A DNA stretch of 64,000 nt from a bacterium (GCA_040752695.1 JBFMGO010000009.1:9789-73788); one strand, 5' to 3'; shown: positions 9,523-19,341, counted from the stretch's first letter. Notes: a model not told the origin generated them from the letters alone. Numbers and translations: made by a program.

Positions 9523-10377
9523 TCACTCCCCGATCCTGTCCCTTCTTGAAGCATGCACAGCCGCACCAAGAGCACCCACCATCTGGGGATTTTCCGGTAC
9601 AATCAGCTTTCTCCCAAGCTTTTTCCCAAGGAGCATGGCCAGGCAGGGATTCAAGGCTCCACCCCCGGCAAAGAGGATCGGATGCCTCAGGCCGACCCGG
9701 TTGACCATGGGCTCTATTCTCTCCACAATAGACTGGTGAATTCCCAGTGCGATGGTGTGGGGATCTTCGCCCTTGGCCAGCAGTGAAATTACTTCCGACT
9801 CAGCGAAAACAGTACACATGCTGTTGATCTTTATGAAACTTTTGGCCATGAGCGCAAAGCTTCCAAATTCAGCGATTTCAATTTCAAAGGAATGAGCCAT
9901 GACCTCGAGAAACTTGCCGGTCCCTGCCGCGCAACGGTCGTTAATGGCAAAATCTTCGAATGAGCCGTTCCCTGCCAGGGCAATTACCTTGGTGTCTTGC
10001 CCTCCGATATCAATAACCATCCGCGCTTGTGGGTGCAGATAGTGTGCTCCAAGGGCAAAGGCCTTGATCTCGGTTATAGTCCGCCCGGCAAGATTCCCAT
10101 GGGCCATGCGGCGGCCATACCCTGTGGCCACAGTATGTTGACAGTCTTTCTCTGCCCGGTCCTTATTCGCCCCGTCTTTCTCTGCGTGGCCCTTCTCATC
10201 CGCCGCGCCTTCATTTGCGCCTTCATTGCCTTCTTTCTGTAAAGCGCGGCGAAGCTTCTTGAGGGGATTTACTCCGCCAGTCATAACCTTGAATTCCACA
10301 ATGCCATTATTCTGATCCAGGATGACATACTTGGCCGTTCGAGAGCCAAGGTCAATACCGATAAAAGCCATTTTCAC
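9523..10377 (-). CDS. BadF/BadG/BcrA/BcrD-type ATPase (HgdC-like activator of 2-hydroxyacyl-CoA dehydratase / double-cubane reductase) with a low-complexity insert
   Basis: N-terminal 'MAFIGIDLGSRTAKYVIL' is the ASKHA ATPase phosphate-1 motif. 'CAAGTGKFLE' and 'FAGGGALN' match HgdC-family motifs. Insert 'EGNEGANEGAADEKGHAEKDGANKDRAEKD' is encoded by a short tandem-duplicated DNA segment. Confidence 0.8.
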   Translation of the reverse strand: MKMAFIGIDLGSRTAKYVILDQNNGIVEFKVMTGGVNPLKKLRRALQKEGNEGANEGAADEKGHAEKDGANKDRAEKDCQHTVATGYGRRMAHGNLAGRTITEIKAFALGAHYLHPQARMVIDIGGQDTKVIALAGNGSFEDFAINDRCAAGTGKFLEVMAHSFEIEIAEFGSFALMAKSFIKINSMCTVFAESEVISLLAKGEDPHTIALGIHQSIVERIEPMVNRVGLRHPILFAGGGALNPCLAMLLGKKLGRKLIVPENPQMVGALGAAVHASRRDRIGE

Positions 10378-10476
10378 TCAGTCTCCTGAAAAACCTCATC
10401 CCTGGAAACCATGTCCCTGATAACTATATTCTTAAAAACCATGTCCTTAAAAGATCATGTCCCTGAAAACCATAAT

Positions 10477-11751
10477 TCACGATTTAATCCGCTCCAGAAA
10501 GGCTTCAATTCTTGTCTGGATCTGCCCCGCATCTTCGGCGGCATAATCCGTTTCAATCTTGAGCACAGGGATACTGGCCTCTTTCAGAGCCTGTTCAACC
10601 TTTGTGTACTCGACATTGTAGGTATGGCAGAACTGAAGGGTATTGTAAACTACACCGTCAACATGATATTCCCTGGCATAGTGTATGATCTGCTCGGTTC
10701 TCTCATGGTTAGGAGTAAAGCAGGAGCAGTTTATGGACAGGTACCTGCGGGCAAGAGCATCCAGTTGTCCGTTCAAATCGGCCGATGACTCATCGACCAG
10801 GGTCTCGAAGTAGCGCGTTCCCGTACATGCTTCCTCAACAACTACCGATGCCCCCGATGTTTCGATAATATGATGCAGCTTCCAGTTGGGTACGACACTT
10901 GGACAACCGGAAAGCATAACGCGGGGCGCATCTTCGGCAAATGGGCTGATGCCCTTTTCAATTCTATTGTTCAGTTCCGCTTTCAGTTTATTTACTGCTG
11001 CGGTAAATCGCGGGATATCGTCATAGAATGCGACCTGCGAAATTAAAAGGGCATCCTTCCCGCTGATTGGCGAGGGTTGATGCTTGCGGGTTTCGTATAA
11101 GCCGGCCAGTGCTCTCCTTTTATTGTTCATGACTGCTATGGCCTCTTTCACATTCTCGAAGCTGATCTTTGTCCTGCCTGCCTCTTCCAGTTTTTCCATC
11201 AGCCTTTCAATCTCCAGGCGGTATATGCTTTGCCCTGCTTCATTTTTCATATGGGGAACATGCATAACCTGGGTTGGAATGAAATTGTTCAGAACCTCCC
11301 AGGCTTTCTTTTTGCCATCGCAGGTGGTTTCTCCAATGAGAAAATCGGAGGACTCAAAATAAGGGCAAATCCGGGCCAGTTTAAATCCGACGGATGACTT
11401 TATCAATGGACAGATGTTTCGTGGCAGGAATTCTTCCGCTCTGGAAATGGTAAGATCCGCCCCGCCGCACAGTCCGATCGGCAAGCCCCCGGCAGCAAGG
11501 ACTAACTCGTCAGGCACAAAGAGACAAAAAGTGCCAGCTATGAATCCACCTTTGGCCTTATGCTCCAACAGTTCCTTGATGCGCAGGCCATGAACCTCAC
11601 CGATAACAAAATCGAAATATTCCATGGCTTCAGGCCGTTTATCCTGCCTAAGGTAGATGTCGGTATAGACTTGCCCCAGGACATCAAGAAGATTGCAGTG
11701 AGTTTCAAGGTCAATGTTTAAGCTCTTCCATATTTCATCATAAGTGCTCAT
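10477..11751 (-). CDS. 2-hydroxyacyl-CoA dehydratase / BcrC-BadD family protein, single subunit (double-cubane-cluster-protein-like)
   Basis: 424 aa with HgdB/HGD-D family cysteines ('CGGADL', 'ICPLIKSS', 'TTCDGKKK'). Immediately downstream of its ATPase activator. Only one dehydratase-like subunit is present. Confidence 0.7.
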   Translation of the reverse strand: MSTYDEIWKSLNIDLETHCNLLDVLGQVYTDIYLRQDKRPEAMEYFDFVIGEVHGLRIKELLEHKAKGGFIAGTFCLFVPDELVLAAGGLPIGLCGGADLTISRAEEFLPRNICPLIKSSVGFKLARICPYFESSDFLIGETTCDGKKKAWEVLNNFIPTQVMHVPHMKNEAGQSIYRLEIERLMEKLEEAGRTKISFENVKEAIAVMNNKRRALAGLYETRKHQPSPISGKDALLISQVAFYDDIPRFTAAVNKLKAELNNRIEKGISPFAEDAPRVMLSGCPSVVPNWKLHHIIETSGASVVVEEACTGTRYFETLVDESSADLNGQLDALARRYLSINCSCFTPNHERTEQIIHYAREYHVDGVVYNTLQFCHTYNVEYTKVEQALKEASIPVLKIETDYAAEDAGQIQTRIEAFLERIKS

Positions 11752-11815
11752 TTTTACTCCCTTACAACATACTATAAATATGTTAAGATGTATGGAATTT
11801 GGTTAGATGGAGGAA

Positions 11816-12142
11816 TTAAACGAATTTGAATTTCTTTTTCCTTTGCGCCTCGTCGTCCTTTTCCCAGCGGTAAATCTGATCGATCTCTACCCGGTTATCG
11901 GTAAGGATTTTTTCGATTTCTTCCTTTTCCTGCCAGGGGATCTTGCAGCAAAAGCCGCAGTTGGAGCTGAACTCCCTTGGTACCGGTATCATTTCGGGCT
12001 TTTTGCCGCACTTGTCAAGCACACTTTTAGCTTTGAGAGCAAAGTGGGTGGTTTGAAAGGTTATAACTGCATAGACCGCCATGCTGACTCCGTGATGGGT
12101 AAATATCCCAACAAGGGATTTGCCGTTACTCTTCTCTGACAA
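11816..12142 (-). CDS. DUF3343-like small protein (putative Se/S carrier protein family)
   Basis: 'YAVITFQTTHFALKAKSVLDKCGKKPEMIPVPREFSSNCGFCCKI' matches the pattern of DUF3343 proteins found in selenium-utilisation loci. The antisense 110-aa ORF has no recognisable features. Confidence 0.55.
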   Translation of the reverse strand: MSEKSNGKSLVGIFTHHGVSMAVYAVITFQTTHFALKAKSVLDKCGKKPEMIPVPREFSSNCGFCCKIPWQEKEEIEKILTDNRVEIDQIYRWEKDDEAQRKKKFKFV

Positions 12143-12240
12143 GCTCAGAGCTTTCTGACTATCAATAAATCTCTGGCTATTACTATCTATACTTTTATAT
12201 TTTTTTTAAATGCTTGAAATGCCGATAGTTTCACAATGAT

Positions 12241-12282
12241 CACTTTTTGTCATTCCCGCGAAGGCGGGAATGACAAAAAGTG
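12241..12282. repeat. Perfect 19-bp-stem hairpin (palindrome) 'CACTTTTTGTCATTCCCGC-gaag-GCGGGAATGACAAAAAGTG'
   Basis: Verified base by base. Lies in the 330-bp intergenic gap between DUF1573 and DUF3343 genes. Shares the 'GTCATTC' core with dispersed repeats at 17.26, 20.60 and 20.86 kb. No flanking U-tract, so probably not a simple terminator. Confidence 0.85.
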
Positions 12283-12360
12283 TAAAAGTATAGTTACTAT
12301 CTGACTACTAATAAATATATCTTCTGTGCTTACCAAGTCAAGAGAAATATTGAAAAAATC

Positions 12361-12416
12361 TATAGATGCTATAGATAACATAGATGGTATGGATAGCATA
12401 GATACTATAGATACAC
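12361..12416. repeat. Degenerate tandem hexamer repeat (ATAGAT)n, about 8 units
   Basis: 'tatagatgctatagataacatagatggtatggatagcatagatactatagataca'. Confidence 0.8.
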
Positions 12417-12473
12417 AAAGAATATAAACGCCCCCTGATTTGTGGCCGGGAGCCCCCTTATTTTTCACTGTTC

Positions 12474-13241
12474 TCAATTCGTTGTAGAAGCTTCAGCAGA
12501 GCTTAAAAATACAGGGATAATCACTTCCGGTGTGGTTTTACTGTCTGTCTTGATAATCACCTGACCATTCACTCTGGTACTGTCCTTTTGTGCTTTGGCT
12601 GAAACAATAATCGCCAGGGACTCATTCTGTTTCAAACCGAACGGTAACTTGCTGTCTTCCTTTGCTGCTTTTACCGAAATAGCGGAGGAAGGGGCCGTAT
12701 TTATGGATAGAATAGACATCGTGTCCTTGCCGGTATTTTTCAGCACTACCTCCTGAGTTGCCACCTCACCCGCCTTTACCTGCCTGAAATAGGCATTAGG
12801 AGGTGAAGCTTCCAGATCGACTCTGACCATAGCCTCAATGGTCAGTTGAGAGACCGGGTGGGCCTGATCATCGGAATGGACATAGATGACCTTCTTTTGT
12901 TTATCCTTACGATATGCAGAATTAAAGGTAATCTCAATCTGCCCGCTTTCACCCGGATTGATTGTCTTGCTGGAGAGAACTGCTGCGGTGCATCCGCAGG
13001 ATGTCTTCACTCCGTTGATGTTCAGTACCTGATCACCGATATTTTTGAAGCTAAAAATATGATTAACCTTTTTATTCTGGTATATCTCCCCAAAATCAAA
13101 CGAGGTCTCAGGAAAAGTAATCTGAGGGCCCGCTAGTGCGTATGCCGGATAGAGTATATATGATAGCGATAACACGGCCAAAATGAACAAACTCATCAAC
13201 AAGGCTGATAAGGAGGTCGCTGGGATTTGATTCTTTCTCAT
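12474..13241 (-). CDS. Secreted DUF1573-domain protein
   Basis: N-terminal signal/TM 'ATSLSALLMSLFILAVLSLSYIL' and the DUF1573 hallmark 'NINGVKTSCGCTAAVL'. Confidence 0.6.
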   Translation of the reverse strand: MRKNQIPATSLSALLMSLFILAVLSLSYILYPAYALAGPQITFPETSFDFGEIYQNKKVNHIFSFKNIGDQVLNINGVKTSCGCTAAVLSSKTINPGESGQIEITFNSAYRKDKQKKVIYVHSDDQAHPVSQLTIEAMVRVDLEASPPNAYFRQVKAGEVATQEVVLKNTGKDTMSILSINTAPSSAISVKAAKEDSKLPFGLKQNESLAIIVSAKAQKDSTRVNGQVIIKTDSKTTPEVIIPVFLSSAEASTTN

Positions 13242-13356
13242 GGTCTTACCTGTATCCTTTCATATATAATGTATATAATATTATATAATATTATATACAT
13301 TATATATAATAAAACATTGAGGGTCATATACATTGAAGATCATATGCGTTGAAGAT

Positions 13357-15666
13357 TTACCTTTTCGGGTCTCTCAGTGTCCGGATATCTCCGGTCCGGC
13401 TGGTGAATCCGATAGAGTCGAGGTAATCCAGAATCAAAACGGTGGTCCTTCGGCTCAGGTCAGCTATATTGCTGCGGAAATCTGCAATGGTAAGGCTTTT
13501 TTCCTTTTGTATATATGCTGTTATCATCTCCTTGAGTTTATTCAAAGGCTGACTATGGATGATGGTATCTGGCGTGATGCGGATTAAAACGCCCTGACTT
13601 ACGAGCATCTTCAATAACCTCTCCACCTCCTCTCTATGTTGGGTGTTGCATATGGTGTTATTTTTAATGCTGCTTTGATGGGTGTTGTTCCGGGTGCCGT
13701 TTTGAGAGTTATTATGGGTACTATTGACAATGTTCTGGTAAAGGTGACTTATCTTTAATGGCTGGTATCCGCTGGATAGAAACACTCTTTCCATCATAGT
13801 AATAATTTCCTTCTGCCAGGAATTTAATGACGGCCTATGATCGGCCAGCCTGACATGAGGACCTTCCAGCGCTATGGCCTGACGCGCTTCGAGGTCCCCG
13901 ATCAGGCAATGAAAGAGCCGGATATCCATCTCTCCTGATGTCCTTGCCCTGAGCATCTCTTTGCCCATACCCTTTTCAAGGGGATTTTGGCTATGAAATT
14001 TTTGCAGAGTGTCTGTTATTTTCCTTTTGATGCTCGCAGCTTGCTTGCTGGCAAAAAGAAATTCTTCTTTATTCTTATCAATATTCTTATCAATATTCTT
14101 ACCAATACCGTTACTATTACTATAACTGCTCCCGTTAGCATTACCGTTCTTCTTATCAATATCTTTATCAAGGCAATAGAGAACGCCTTTGTTTTTTAGC
14201 CGGGTCAGGATATCGTTAAGCTCGATATGAGTAAGCGCAGTCTTCCTGAGCAATTCGGTTTTCGTGCAAAGGGTGAAGGTATGTCGTGAGATTATCTCAC
14301 TGACGAAGCTCTCGAACCTTCCCTGCTCCAGGAGTTCAAGCCGGGCTATTCTGCCTGTACCCTTCGAAGTGACGCTTGTATCTTTCAGGACGCTGCCTGC
14401 GCCCTTCGAGATACTGCCTGCGCTCTCCGAGATACTGTAACGCCTGGGATGGGCATCAAGGATAACACCTCCGCCAATAGTATGCTGGGGGCTGAGAGAT
14501 CGGATAATGAATCTATCGAATACCAGAGGCGACGCCTTTTCCTCCAGCCTGAATTGGACAATAGCCTGCTCGCCGGGCTGCATCTTGTCTCTATCCATGA
14601 GAATTACTCTGGCTATGAGCTCGGTGGTGCCGGTATACAGGCGTACTCTGGTCCTGTTGACCAGGGGAGAGGCATTTGATTCCAGGTACCGGAGCCTGGC
14701 ATCCAGTATGCCGGTTGGAAGCAGCAGTGAATCCGGCGGTGCGATGGTATCACCTCTTTTAATCTGAGAAGTGCTGATACCGGCCAGGTTAAAGCCGACC
14801 CGCTGCCCTGTCCGGGCCTCTTCAACCCATTGGTTATGTACCTGAATACCACGGATCTTGACCTTGCAGCCCGCAGGATAAATCATTGCCGCAGATCCGG
14901 GCCTCACATTTCCATCCACAAGCGTGCCGGTAGCTATCGTGCCGTAGCCTGCCATGGTAAAAACCCGGTCTACCGGAAGCCGGAATTCACCCTTAAGTCT
15001 GGTTTTTTCGACTTTGCCGATGAGTTCCGTAAGAGCCGTGTTTACCTGGCCAATTCCCTCGCCGGTCCGGCATGAGCAATCGATTATCGACGTTTTCCGG
15101 AGAAAGGTCGGCTCAATGAGCTTGGCAACTTCCTCGTGAACCAGTTCCAGCCAGTCCCTGTCCACCAGATCGACCTTGTTTACCACGACAAGCCCGAATC
15201 TGATTCTCAGCAGTGAGAGAATATCGAGGTGTTCTCTGGTCTGAGGCATGGGACCATCATCGGCTGCTATGACCAGAATGACTATATCGACTCCTGATAT
15301 TCCCCGCAGCATGTTCTTGATAAATTTCTCATGCCCCGGACAATCGATAATACTTACCACGTGCCCGCTGGGGAGCCGATAGGGGGCAAATCCTGGTTCT
15401 ATCGATATGCCCCGAACCTTTTCCTCTTTCAGCCGGTCCGTATCCACGCTGGTAAGGGCTTTAGCCAGAGCGGTCTTGCCGTGGTCGATATGCCCGGCCA
15501 GGCCTATGGCAACATTCCGCACTACATCTCCAGCTACTTTTTGCGCCTGGCCGCTGGACCCATTTTGCCCCAGACCGCTGGATCCATTCCGCGCCAGGTA
15601 GCTATATCCACTCTGTCCCAAGTATCGAACTCCATTCTGTGTCAGGTCCGCAGTTCTATTCTTCAA
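13357..15666 (-). CDS. selB: Selenocysteine-specific translation elongation factor SelB (with N-terminal extension and an internal low-complexity insert)
   Basis: G-domain motifs 'AGHIDHGKT', 'DCPGHEKF', 'VVNKVDL'. Domain order EF-Tu-like then C-terminal winged-helix region. 769 aa versus about 620 typical. Insert '[30 protein letters not shown]' derives from tandem 'ttcttatcaata' repeats near 14080-14115. The true start may be downstream of 15666. Confidence 0.85.
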   Translation of the reverse strand: MKNRTADLTQNGVRYLGQSGYSYLARNGSSGLGQNGSSGQAQKVAGDVVRNVAIGLAGHIDHGKTALAKALTSVDTDRLKEEKVRGISIEPGFAPYRLPSGHVVSIIDCPGHEKFIKNMLRGISGVDIVILVIAADDGPMPQTREHLDILSLLRIRFGLVVVNKVDLVDRDWLELVHEEVAKLIEPTFLRKTSIIDCSCRTGEGIGQVNTALTELIGKVEKTRLKGEFRLPVDRVFTMAGYGTIATGTLVDGNVRPGSAAMIYPAGCKVKIRGIQVHNQWVEEARTGQRVGFNLAGISTSQIKRGDTIAPPDSLLLPTGILDARLRYLESNASPLVNRTRVRLYTGTTELIARVILMDRDKMQPGEQAIVQFRLEEKASPLVFDRFIIRSLSPQHTIGGGVILDAHPRRYSISESAGSISKGAGSVLKDTSVTSKGTGRIARLELLEQGRFESFVSEIISRHTFTLCTKTELLRKTALTHIELNDILTRLKNKGVLYCLDKDIDKKNGNANGSSYSNSNGIGKNIDKNIDKNKEEFLFASKQAASIKRKITDTLQKFHSQNPLEKGMGKEMLRARTSGEMDIRLFHCLIGDLEARQAIALEGPHVRLADHRPSLNSWQKEIITMMERVFLSSGYQPLKISHLYQNIVNSTHNNSQNGTRNNTHQSSIKNNTICNTQHREEVERLLKMLVSQGVLIRITPDTIIHSQPLNKLKEMITAYIQKEKSLTIADFRSNIADLSRRTTVLILDYLDSIGFTSRTGDIRTLRDPKR

Positions 15667-15718
15667 TGAAATGAAAAGTTACCCAACTTTTTCTTTCATC
15701 TCTTGCCACAAGGAAAGA

Positions 15719-15822
15719 GAGGTTCAAAAGAGAGGGTAAGGGGAATCGAACCTCCTACGGCCCTTGCACAGGCCGACCAGCGGATTTGAAGTCCGTGGGG
15801 CACACCAGTACCATTACCCTCG
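15719..15822 (-). tRNA. selC: tRNA-Sec (anticodon UCA), selC; ends approximate
   Basis: Minus-strand sequence contains 'GGACUUCAAAUCC' (anticodon arm core identical to E. coli selC), a long variable arm 'CGGCC-UGUGCAAG-GGCCG', the T-loop 'GGUUCGAUUCC' and an 8-bp acceptor stem 'GAGGGUAA/UUACCCUC'. Sits immediately upstream of selB. Not folded with software. Confidence 0.72.
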
Positions 15823-15959
15823 ATTATGTGAGTACAAATAATGCAACTTTATATGGTTAAGCGAGATGATATCTCGGTAACTTACCATGGCCAGGCAAAA
15901 TAAGGATATATCCTCGAAGTACATCGGAGAGCGAAAGATGACGGCAATCCCCGGATTGC

Positions 15960-16200
<241 letters not shown>

Positions 16201-16218
16201 GAATCGGTCATAGAGCGC

Positions 16219-16270
16219 TGGTTTGGATAGAGCTTGGTTGAATAGAGTTTTGTTGGATAGAGCTGGACTG
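16219..16270. repeat. Three imperfect direct repeats 'ttGGATAGAGCt' spaced about 16 nt apart
   Basis: 'ggtttggatagagcttggttgaatagagttttgttggatagagctgg'. Could be a regulator binding array; non-coding region. Confidence 0.5.
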
Positions 16271-17263
16271 AATTCAGAGATTAAATACAGTTGAGTTTCA
16301 GGGGTGTAATGTGGTTTTTGCTGCAAAGGCAGAAATTTAAGGAAAGACAGAAATGATAGAAATGAGGAAGGCATAGTGGTTCCTTACCATTGCCCCAGCC
16401 AACGGCCAGAGTTGACGTATTATAATCAATACTGCCCGATAAATCCGTGTAAATGAGTCTTTTTTATAGGATACATAATCATCCTTCTCCAAGAAGACAT
16501 ACCTGCCATCCAAAAGCAGAATTAATGGTAACAATGTAATTACCATAGCAGTCAAATATGGATTCTTTTTTATCACAAGCTGAATAATATGTCAATCATG
16601 AAATTTTCGCTCATTGGATATCGAGTTATCATTGAAAGTTGTGTATGAGAGGTTAGGTGGTTCGATATCCCGCACATCTTCAATGTGAGGCGGAAACTCG
16701 GATGATGATTCCCTGTTGTTTTTCTGATAATTCCCTGCTGTTCACCTTCAGCACCACGCATGTTCAGAATCTACACTCATTGTGCCAGGGGTATCCTCTT
16801 CATCACCATTCCCCCGTGAGCCCTTCCCCCCTGTGACCTTCTCCTCATAAACCCTCCCCTTTCCCTCAAGCTATTCTATCCACCCGTGTATTATTCCCCG
16901 TATGCCATTTCCTTATGTGCCATTCCTCCAGTGAACCATTTCCCTTCCCCGGTTTTCCCGCGAGCATGAAAATTGCTATCTCATCGTGTAAGCAACTAAG
17001 AGGCCATCCCAAAACCTCCGGCAGACGATAAACCAGTTACTCCAAATGAGGTTTTGGGAAAGGTTCTAAGTACAAGCCGCGTGAATTACACGACCAGTGT
17101 CATGAGTACTGTCATGAGTACCGCTGATACCAAATTATGTTGGGGGGGCTCTTTGCCCCACCTAATTCAGCGGAAAACCTCATCAAAGAGGCTTTGCATA
17201 CACAACCGAGTGCTCTTGTCAAGCCTCAATTGATGGGTAAAATAATGACCGCTGGGACCTCCC

Positions 17264-17292
17264 CACGTCATTCTGAGCGAAAGCTTAGAATC
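17264..17292. repeat. Copy of short palindromic dispersed repeat 'GTCATTCTGAGCGAAAGCTTAGAATC'
   Basis: Related copies at 20605-20640 and 20861-20892, and the perfect palindrome at 12241-12282. Confidence 0.6.
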
Positions 17293-17380
17293 CAGTTACC
17301 CATCAAGATTCGATTGACAGGACACGAGGAGAGGAGCAGGAAACCCATTATTAACCCACTCTTTTTGAAGGGGAGGAAGC

Positions 17381-19132
17381 ATGCTGCCAAGTTCCTTTGT
17401 TCAGTTTAGGTACAAGTCCATTTTCTTTTTCTGTATCCTGGCACTCCTGGGCAGTCTCTTTTGGCCTGTTCCCGTCCGGGCTCAGTGGTCTCCCAGGCTC
17501 TTTCAGGGGATATTCGGCAATGTGGGGCTTCCCTATTTCGCACTGCCATCTCCCTGGATGGCCTTTACGTCTCCCGCTCAACCGCAGCCTCAGCCGCAAG
17601 GAAAGAAACAGATAACCGGTGTGGATTATACATCGAGCTATGCGCTGATACCCTATGAGTTACAGGGGCTTGCAGCGCAGGGTGATTATATATACGCTAC
17701 CTATGCACGAAATGGATTCGACATCTGGGAAGATGCCCCCATTGCAGAAGCGGGACTGGCCGTTTTTACCTTATCCACGGAAGGGGAAGCACAGTTCATC
17801 GCCAGCGTCGAGCTTCCCTGGGATTGGCAAGAAGAGTGTGCGTTAACGGGGCCAGGGGCCTTGCCGGATAAAATTCTGATAACCGAGGAGGGCCTGGCCT
17901 TTATCACGCAACGGTATCCCGCAGTGCTGTGGGTTGTTGACCTGTCCGATCCTGCCGATCCGAAGCTGGTTACTTCCCTGACCATGGAAGAGGGCGTACT
18001 GCTGGATCTGGCGGTTGGAGAGGAGGATGTCTACCTGGCTCTGGACGATGGGAGCGGAGAAGAGAGCGTTATATATGCTCTGAACCTGAGTGAGGCGAAT
18101 GATCCTCACATAACTCCTTTCTTTTCCCTGGAGGGGAAAGTTGGACCTTTACTCCTGAGACAGGGATATTTGTATGTGTTTGGTCAAGGTCCGGAGAAAG
18201 GATATGTTTTTGATTTACAATCGGCCACACCCGCCTCACCGTGCGGATTTCTTGATATTTCAGGGGAAAGCGCTGCCTGGGCAGGAAACCTCCTCTACCT
18301 GGTCACGGGCCACACTGAAATCAAGTCCTGGCTGCATATCGTTGATTTGACCAATCCCGGACAACCAGCGTTGCAGGAATCAATCAATCTTGTGGGCAGA
18401 GAGTTGCAGGTTCTGTGCCAGAGTGAATATGCCCTGGTCTGGAAATCGTCGGTTTTTGATACCCGTCACTATCTGGACATTCTGAACGTGGCCAACCCCG
18501 GCGACTCTACCCATCCCCAGGATGTCGCTACTGTCGCTACGGTACGTTTGGCAGACCGCCCCAAGAGTCTGGCCCGTGGTGAGGCATGCTTCTATGTTCT
18601 TGACAACTCCGGCCTGCAGGTGCTGAATCTGTCTGCCCCGGATGATATATCCTGGGTTTGGGAAAAATCTATTGACTTGTCTTCCGTTTTGCTCTCAGCA
18701 AAACTGGAAAAAATCGATCATCCGATGCTTGATAACCCACCTTCCGATACAGAAAGTACAACCCCAGCATCCTATGATTTTTTTCAGGATGGATGGCTTT
18801 CCTGGGGTCCGTGGTCTTTATTTGACAACATGTTTTCTTTATTAAATTCATTGTACTCAGTGAACTCGAAAGGATACGGACCTGTGGCTGTGAACTCCAG
18901 TTTATATGGCTTTTCCGGTGCCCTTGGTCCCTGGCTTGGATCTGATTCCTTTTCTTACTCAGGGAGCGGTTCATGCGCTTATGCTCGCGGATCTGTGAAT
19001 TTGTTGGACGGCGGTGGCAGCTCTTCTTCCCGTGAATATGACATCCTGAATCTCCCGTTCTCCTTCTTCTCAAGTTACGATTGCCCTGTTCCATTTTACC
19101 CCTTTCCGTCACCTTCCGTATCCTTTTACTAA
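17381..19132 (+). CDS. Secreted LVIVD-repeat (beta-propeller-like) surface protein with Ser/Gly/Tyr/Phe-rich C-terminal tail
   Basis: Signal peptide 'FFFCILALLGSLFWPVPVRAQ'. Repeated motifs 'VLWVVDLSDPADP', 'IYALNLSEANDP', 'WLHIVDLTNPGQP', 'LQVLNLSAPDD' are typical of LVIVD repeats. RBS GGGGAGGAAG. Confidence 0.6.
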   Translation: MLPSSFVQFRYKSIFFFCILALLGSLFWPVPVRAQWSPRLFQGIFGNVGLPYFALPSPWMAFTSPAQPQPQPQGKKQITGVDYTSSYALIPYELQGLAAQGDYIYATYARNGFDIWEDAPIAEAGLAVFTLSTEGEAQFIASVELPWDWQEECALTGPGALPDKILITEEGLAFITQRYPAVLWVVDLSDPADPKLVTSLTMEEGVLLDLAVGEEDVYLALDDGSGEESVIYALNLSEANDPHITPFFSLEGKVGPLLLRQGYLYVFGQGPEKGYVFDLQSATPASPCGFLDISGESAAWAGNLLYLVTGHTEIKSWLHIVDLTNPGQPALQESINLVGRELQVLCQSEYALVWKSSVFDTRHYLDILNVANPGDSTHPQDVATVATVRLADRPKSLARGEACFYVLDNSGLQVLNLSAPDDISWVWEKSIDLSSVLLSAKLEKIDHPMLDNPPSDTESTTPASYDFFQDGWLSWGPWSLFDNMFSLLNSLYSVNSKGYGPVAVNSSLYGFSGALGPWLGSDSFSYSGSGSCAYARGSVNLLDGGGSSSSREYDILNLPFSFFSSYDCPVPFYPFPSPSVSFY

Positions 19133-19165
19133 GGCGAGGTATTAACCTCAGGGGGGGAGAAGTTA

Positions 19166-19207
19166 AGCACCATGCGGTGTTCGTTAAAAACGGCACCTGC
19201 ATGGTGC
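19166..19207. terminator. Candidate bidirectional terminator hairpin between convergent genes
   Basis: 'agcaccatgc' is complemented by 'gcatggtgct' with a 22-nt loop. Followed by 'ttggctctactaaaatttt'. Weak T-tract. Confidence 0.3.
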
Positions 19208-19341
19208 TTGGCTCTACTAAAATTTTCACTAAAATTTTCAGGCCATTCTCCTTCACAGGAACAATCATTTCCTAATGAGATGATATAAGTCCTGGTTGTG
19301 TGATTCTAATCCCCACATAAAAGTTATCTTGTTACAGATCC

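Noticed and set aside
11807-12139. Plus-strand 110-aa ORF overlapping the DUF3343-like gene
   Set aside because: The minus-strand frame matches a known small-protein family and fits the operon orientation; the plus-strand frame has no features.
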